Below are positions 60,901 through 64,000 of a DNA stretch of 64,000 nucleotides, piece after piece; the stretch's first letter is position 1, and each line of letters starts with the position of its first letter. The notes beneath the pieces were generated by a model, which was not told the DNA's origin, did not search any database, and worked only from the letters and a program-made list of their open reading frames with translations. A program made the translations under genes and the position numbers. Location: assembly GCA_048537945.1 (NCBI GenBank), contig CM108484.1, positions 4,210,494 to 4,274,493 on the forward strand, in the 5' to 3' direction. This stretch comes from Mnemiopsis leidyi. Taxonomy: Eukaryota.

Positions 60901-63653
60901 GTTACTGAACGATAGTCAGCAGCCGGCAATACGAAATTCTTGGAAAACGGCTATTAGCCGGTTATAAGCCTAAGCCTAACCCTAACCCAGCTATGTTTTT
61001 AAATATCAGTACCAACATTCGCAAAATAGAACATGAAGTAGCACTCCGCTCATCAGATAATTACACGAACTTAACCTTGAATTTAACCCCACTAAAACGT
61101 AAAGGTCTCCCAAAAGTTAAGATTATCTTGGTTGATACAAACACAAAGCAAAGTGTGCTGACATAATGCCGTTATAGCATTATAACGAATTATTACAGGA
61201 TAAAGGTAACTAAACTGCCGGCATACAGAGCGTAGCTTAATGGGAAAGTTGTCTGTGAGGCTGCGGTCTTACTTCATGTTAAACAATCATGACGTTTAAC
61301 ATCAAACTCATATAGACAGCCAATACTTGGAGGTGAGGGCTAAGAAGCAAAAGTAAAACTACGGTTATAGCAAAGCCCGCAATAATAAACTGGGGTTCGC
61401 AGATTTTCCTACAACCTAAAATTGTAAAGTTGAAAATAAGCACTCGAAAATAAACCAATAAAAATGAGAGCTAAGGAAGATTTGATATCGCACTACATGT
61501 CTGCGGAACCCCACTCTACATCGTGCCAAAGTACCCAAATAAAACTCTAACTTGGTGATAATGTCAGGCGCCCTAATCATCCTTATATAAAATGATCTGG
61601 CCCCTATACCATTTTACCAACATACTTTCTATCAAAGCCATTGTAACGCACAAATCCCTATAAAGTTTGATGGTAGTGCTATATATACGAGGTCTAGTAC
61701 ATGTTATGATTTAAAGATAGCACGTAGTAACAAGACCCAACTGACCCCCTCTCTCTGTCCGATAATAAGCTCTATGTGCAGCTCTTGTCGCGGATCCTTT
61801 AGAAGTTGGTACCCCTAGAATGTAATTATAGTCGGAGGTCTAGACAAGGGTTACCGATCTGGCTTACTAAACGGTACCTCAGAATGTTGTACTGGCGAAC
61901 ATAGGTAGCTCTATTTGCCAGATATTTATCTGTTAATGTTACTATTTCTGTGGTGTTACCAGGAAACCTGTATCGGTGTACCGCAGGGAGCAAAATTAGT
62001 TAATTTTAGAGGTGAGCCAAGGTGACAACAGACGTTTACTGTTGCAACCCTGCAACTACGCATACTCGTTTGTGACAATTATCCTCTAGAAATAATATAA
62101 TAATAATTTCAAATTGTGCTGGTTAGCTTGGCTGCCAGACACTGAGCCTCAGTGACTAATACCAAATTCACAAGCAAGTTCGAATTGAATGGTACTCAGA
62201 AACTGGTTTAATGGCTGTGACGAATAGTCCGACAGCGTAACTTTTAACTAAAGGAAAACACATGGTACAGAACACTTTGTTTTAATCCTGCTGCATAATG
62301 CCGACAAGAAACATAATACAATCGGTTTTATCTGAGATAAGGGAATTGTGTTTGTAGCTGTGGACAGTGGTAAGGAAACCAAAAACAAAATTACACCAAC
62401 CTAGAAAAACAAGATAGCGCTAGGTTTTAAGTTTCAATAGTAATTGCTAGTTATTAAATAATGTCGTGTTTTGATTGTTGATTGATACACCCATACCTGC
62501 CTAAACGGTGTTTGTTTTGCTAAATGGTTAAATGGCTGATCAGGTCGAGTCTCAAGGAGGGGGTTATCTAATGCTATTTTGGTTAAAGGGAGGATCTCGG
62601 AATTTATAGCTGCCGACTGGATAAAACTCAAACTCTGGAAAACGTTAACAAAATAGAAAGTAGTCAAAGTGATTCTTTCCACATTAAGAGAGTAAATCAG
62701 ACTCTCAAAAAATGTTTATGGGCACGTGACGGATCACGTTTATTGGCATTGCCAATTGGCAATTGTTGGTTACATTCCCGATCTTAAAGACGGAATGAAT
62801 ATTTCTCTTAACTCATGTCGCAGAATTAACTTCGAAAAGTTAAACAAATTTCTGGTAAGGACTGTCAACAGTGAACAATGTCTTACTGACTTACTACGAA
62901 TGACAATAAAGACATTGCAATTTGAGAAAGCTCCAATTTTGCTGGAATAATTGCCAAATAAACCTTCCTTGATCTAAAGCTTTATGATCTCTTAACAGAT
63001 TCGACTTTTCAAAGAGCCGATCAGCTCAGCTTCGAACAGTTCGCATATTTATCTATAGTTTTTTTTTTTGATTCATTCATTTCAACTTCTTTGCAGATAT
63101 TTTATCGTTAGATAGTTAAAAATAAATAAGATTGAATATTGTTTGATGATGTTATGGTTTGCACTTTTCATTTTGAATAATATGTTAAATTTTGAACTTG
63201 ACAATTTTATAGTGTGATCATGTCCTACGCTTAAAGGATGAAACGTTACTTATACTTCATACTAACGAAATGGTATCACTTGTACTCAACTTAGTCATAA
63301 AATTTGTCATTCTATGCCGGTTTCCTCTAAATTATCTATAGTTGACATCATATACTTTCAAAATACCAGACATCACAACAATGTATGGACTTTCAATGGT
63401 GAGAAACAGTTGTAAACAGTTACCCTGGTAACTAACAGAAACTTGTTGTAAACAGTAACCATGGTAACTAACAGAAACTTGTTGTAAACAGTTACCATAG
63501 TAACTCACAGAAACTTTTTATAAACAGTTACCCTAGCAACTAACAGAAATTTATTGCAGGTTGGGTTTGTACCTCAAGGAGACAGACGGACTGGGATAAA
63601 GCTAAGTTCTGCGACGCGACATATCTCTCTAACAACCTAGTTAGCCCCGTTTG
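37888..63653 (+). CDS. FASN: Animal type-I fatty acid synthase gene (KS, linker and MAT domains within window; gene continues beyond 3' end)
   Basis: Twelve exons with consistent splice phases. Colinear with vertebrate FASN from Met1 through the MAT domain: FWDNL; DPQLR; DTACSSS KS active site; EAHGTGT; KSNIGH; [11 protein letters not shown]; GHSVGE MAT active site; AAVGL; VFAK...FHS; NNLVSPV. Confidence 0.9.
38243..38437 (+). CDS. FASN: FAS exon 2 (KS)
   Basis: [65 protein letters not shown]. Confidence 0.85.
38618..38976 (+). CDS. FASN: FAS exon 3 (KS active-site Cys)
   Basis: ...[14 protein letters not shown]...[25 protein letters not shown]...LLKPN...LSQDGSCK. Confidence 0.9.
39150..39274 (+). 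CDS. FASN: FAS exon 4 (KS)
   Basis: [42 protein letters not shown]. Confidence 0.85.
39522..39651 (+). CDS. FASN: FAS exon 5 (KS; ends HGTGTQ). Its 3' end is the first unit of the 27-bp minisatellite
   Basis: [43 protein letters not shown]. Donor CAG|gtactatag. Confidence 0.85.
39643..41910. repeat. 27-bp minisatellite (GGGACACAGGTACTATAGATTTACWGT)n, ~84 copies, with a ~621-624-bp higher-order repeat (>=3 HOR copies)
   Basis: Unit = last 9 nt of FAS exon 5 plus first 18 nt of intron 5. ORFs 39611..40222 and 40235..40816 are identical and a third matching block starts at 40910, which shows the HOR. The 771-aa minus-strand ORF (VSHSKSIVP)n is a repeat artifact. Confidence 0.95.
42022..42228 (+). 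CDS. FASN: FAS exon 6 (KS)
   Basis: [69 protein letters not shown]. Confidence 0.85.
42694..42922 (-). CDS. F-lectin domain 2 exon c
   Basis: [76 protein letters not shown]. Either a donor A|gtgagt or an in-frame stop at 42686. Confidence 0.6.
42694..50970 (-). CDS. Two-domain F-type lectin (fucolectin/FTP-domain) gene, antisense inside FAS intron 6; 6 exons seen, and flanking exons are likely
   Basis: Minus-strand exons (approx): 50835-50970 (a2), 48579-48681 (b2), ~45121-45360 (c2), 43459-43594 (a1), 43132-43228 (b1), 42694-42922 (c1). Each a-b-c triplet encodes one F-lectin domain (GTATQS...AIDGI / HT...AWWLLTLP...I.V.NR / ...[28 protein letters not shown]...IQIQGG...LSLAEVEV). Splice phases are compatible with c2 joining a1. 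Exon a2 begins in phase 1, so upstream exons exist. Confidence 0.6.
43132..43228 (-). CDS. F-lectin domain 2 exon b
   Basis: [32 protein letters not shown]. Donor ACG|gtaaga. Confidence 0.6.
43459..43594 (-). CDS. F-lectin domain 2 exon a
   Basis: (G)[45 protein letters not shown]. Confidence 0.6.
43697..43800. repeat. ~100-bp dispersed repeat R (copy 1)
   Basis: ctggtgaacctaatggaaatccttgctgtacggcatgttaaacaaggaatggagctaag...tccaatctttagtgcaaccttaacatt. Copies also at 50443-50545 and, partially, 50197-50250. Confidence 0.75.
44030..44320. repeat. ~57-bp tandem repeat x5 (aaaacacaatgtgtaagatggtgtggccatcaatacactgaactaagact)
   Basis: Five consecutive near-identical units. Confidence 0.85.
45121..45360 (-). 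CDS. F-lectin domain 1 exon c (coordinates +-2)
   Basis: [80 protein letters not shown]. Acceptor ctttcag and donor AAAG|gtgagt. Confidence 0.6.
45455..48250. repeat. GGAGG-rich 33-bp minisatellite (GGTAATAGTTGGAGGATGGAGGGGGAGGGACGT)n, ~85 units, with ~300-bp higher-order repeats
   Basis: Near-identical + strand ORFs 46205..46477 and 46505..46744 show the HOR. Minus-strand PTS-rich ORFs are compositional artifacts. It fills the intron between F-lectin exons b2 and c2. Confidence 0.9.
48579..48681 (-). CDS. F-lectin domain 1 exon b
   Basis: [34 protein letters not shown]. Donor AAG|gtacaa. Confidence 0.55.
48903..48933. repeat. Poly-G homopolymer (~31 G)
   Basis: Visible. Paired with a poly-C tract 140 bp downstream. 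Confidence 0.9.
49073..49086. repeat. Poly-C homopolymer (~14 C)
   Basis: Visible. Complementary to the poly-G tract. Confidence 0.9.
49893..49915. repeat. (ACGT)n self-complementary microsatellite
   Basis: gacgtacgtacgtacgtacggac. Confidence 0.8.
50197..50250. repeat. Repeat R partial copy
   Basis: Matches the 3' half of R. Confidence 0.6.
50443..50545. repeat. Repeat R copy 2
   Basis: ~90% identical to 43697-43800. Confidence 0.75.
50835..50970 (-). CDS. F-lectin domain 1 exon a
   Basis: (G)[45 protein letters not shown]. Acceptor tccag and donor AA|gtgaga. Confidence 0.6.
51192..51271. repeat. Two adjacent perfect palindromes (25+25 nt with 1-nt spacer, then 14+14 nt)
   Basis: ttaggtagacgccactatatcccca g tggggatatagtggcgtctacctaa followed by atatggggtgggga t tccccaccccatat. 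Confidence 0.9.
52619..52741 (+). CDS. FASN: FAS exon 7 (end of KS domain)
   Basis: [41 protein letters not shown]. Confidence 0.85.
53352..53720. mobile_element. MITE-like element (~370 bp) with ~26-34-bp terminal inverted repeats containing the palindrome GAGGTCGATATATATCGACCTC; AT-rich interior
   Basis: Left TIR cccgttcgcccccgaggtcgatatatatacccgc. Right TIR gcgggtatatatatcgacctcgggggttcgcc. Confidence 0.6.
54240..54470. repeat. GGCC-rich degenerate ~12-bp tandem repeat (ggccttgtattg-like)
   Basis: Low complexity with repeated GGCC/GCCGGC. Confidence 0.6.
54994..55200. repeat. Pair of 20-bp perfect palindromes CCCGAGGTCGATATATCGACCTC ~185 bp apart (MITE-related or solo TIRs)
   Basis: Same core as the MITE TIRs at 53352-53720. 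Confidence 0.55.
55322..56990. repeat. Tandem duplication of an ~835-bp unit (55322-56155 and 56160-56990) in FAS intron 7, each with internal 37-bp repeats (caagtgtctgtatcctcaaagaacggagtttaccctcac)
   Basis: Long near-identical blocks. ORFs in this region are repeat artifacts. Confidence 0.85.
57017..57198 (+). CDS. FASN: FAS exon 8 (KS-MAT linker / MAT start)
   Basis: [60 protein letters not shown]. Confidence 0.85.
57301..57572 (+). CDS. FASN: FAS exon 9 (MAT active site GHSVGE)
   Basis: ...[59 protein letters not shown]. Confidence 0.9.
57755..57873 (+). CDS. FASN: FAS exon 10 (MAT)
   Basis: [39 protein letters not shown]. Confidence 0.85.
58246..58438 (+). CDS. FASN: FAS exon 11 (MAT)
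   Basis: [64 protein letters not shown]. Confidence 0.85.
58614..59681 (-). CDS. Intronless class-A (rhodopsin-like) orphan GPCR, nested antisense in FAS intron 11
   Basis: 355-aa ORF with seven hydrophobic segments. Kozak gcaccATGG. SRA at the DRY position ([12 protein letters not shown]). TM6 FLICNLP (CWxP-like). TM7 SPIVY (NPxxY-like). Ser-rich C-tail. Confidence 0.75.
   Translation of the reverse strand: MENVSTTPIPDMVLTLDKILSLNLLLGLILGVPANIISLYYFCVLCKGRDIPTQIYRRICVVDLVTCLAHLPVMVSMWSAREPVLFGNQYFCIGWRILFRGLQVSAIFLVLLLSLSRAIAICFPFTVLYREAIVWSFRAYLLFIILQNAALRSEQIHVYNDHDVFCYEDLGPNQIYGKIDDQLYEIEIGLPTFLIIISFISSVYKLRKSDLVPNGQQSTKKQASVTIMIVTGIFLICNLPQCINMLLWIADYDNMKENSSPRYRNTFMMFYTWNISAVQTVVLSAYLSPIVYFSRMQSFRDWVMGGLVKPGKPIIQPGSVSSVNVRNRLRSVDSNNYVTPRNSFDNPALHSVSNV
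60560..60960. repeat. Cluster of ~10 short palindromic motifs (A)TAAGCCGGCTTAT(A)/GCCGGC with ~120-bp periodicity (x3)
   Basis: gccggctataagccggcataaagccgg..., ccggttataagccggctataagccg... recur. Confidence 0.7.
63404..63550. repeat. ~39-bp tandem repeat x4, each unit containing a 14-bp palindrome GTTACCATGGTAAC (variants)
   Basis: acagaaacttgttgtaaacagttaccatggtaactaac units. Confidence 0.8.
63560..63653 (+). CDS. FASN: FAS exon 12 (post-MAT)
   Basis: (G)[30 protein letters not shown] matches human [33 protein letters not shown]. Acceptor ttgcag and donor TG|gtgagt. Phase is continuous with exon 11. Confidence 0.75.
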
Positions 63654-64000
63654 GTGAGTTTACAGAATTCGCTATAGATACAATGTCAATATACCCTAGT
63701 TTGTGTACTTGACTGCTTGGGTAACATGGAATGTCGCACGCACAGAAGTGTAACATGAAATTGCAAATAAATGGGAAATTTCGTACCATTGAAAAAATAA
63801 CCTCTGAGTTGATAGAATTTGGATTAAAAAATTAGAAATAGTTTTTGTAAATAACACGAGACCAGGCGGTAGCCTTTAATGATACGATCATTAGTTCAAG
63901 TTAACAGAGTTATCAATTGCAATGAACATCTGTATACTTAATCCGTGACATCCGTAACAATGATAGCCTTCCTAATTAAAGTAATCTGTTCTAGAAACAC

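Overview
Eukaryotic (metazoan, probably invertebrate) nuclear DNA, AT-rich, intron-rich and repeat-rich. There are no prokaryotic signatures and no CRISPR, rRNA or tRNA genes. All exon coordinates are hand-derived from GT/AG boundaries and reading-frame continuity and may be off by 1-2 nt.

Five protein-coding genes can be reconstructed from the six-frame ORFs and splice-site logic:
- A partial DENN-domain gene (DENND4/CRAG-like) on the + strand, 127..~5669, whose 5' end lies upstream of the window.
- A full-length non-LTR retrotransposon (LINE) on the - strand with an intact 1241-aa ORF containing zinc-finger, APE-endonuclease and RT domains (CDS 11136..14861). It sits between two ~640-bp inverted-repeat arms. 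Two 5'-truncated LINE fragments lie just downstream of the right arm.
- A complete ERCC6L/PICH-type SNF2 translocase gene on the + strand, 9 exons, 18953..25889. Its N-terminus carries 8 tandem TPR-like repeats where human PICH has one, and the C-terminal TPR is encoded by a separate last exon.
- An animal type-I fatty acid synthase (FAS) gene on the + strand from 37888 onward. Twelve exons covering the KS, linker and MAT domains fall in the window, and the gene continues past the 3' edge.
- Genes nested antisense inside FAS introns: a two-domain F-type lectin (fucolectin-like) gene in the 10.4-kb intron 6, and an intronless divergent class-A GPCR (58614..59681) in intron 11.

The most unusual feature is a 2.3-kb minisatellite of ~84 copies of a 27-bp unit that is the FAS exon-5/intron-5 junction itself, that is, the splice donor amplified in tandem.

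Other structures include a 2.8-kb GGAGG-rich 33-bp minisatellite with higher-order periodicity inside an F-lectin intron. There are also a MITE with ~30-bp TIRs, twin perfect palindromes, a complementary G31...C14 homopolymer pair, and several arrays of short palindromic motifs. LINE ORF1-like pseudogene remnants are present as well.
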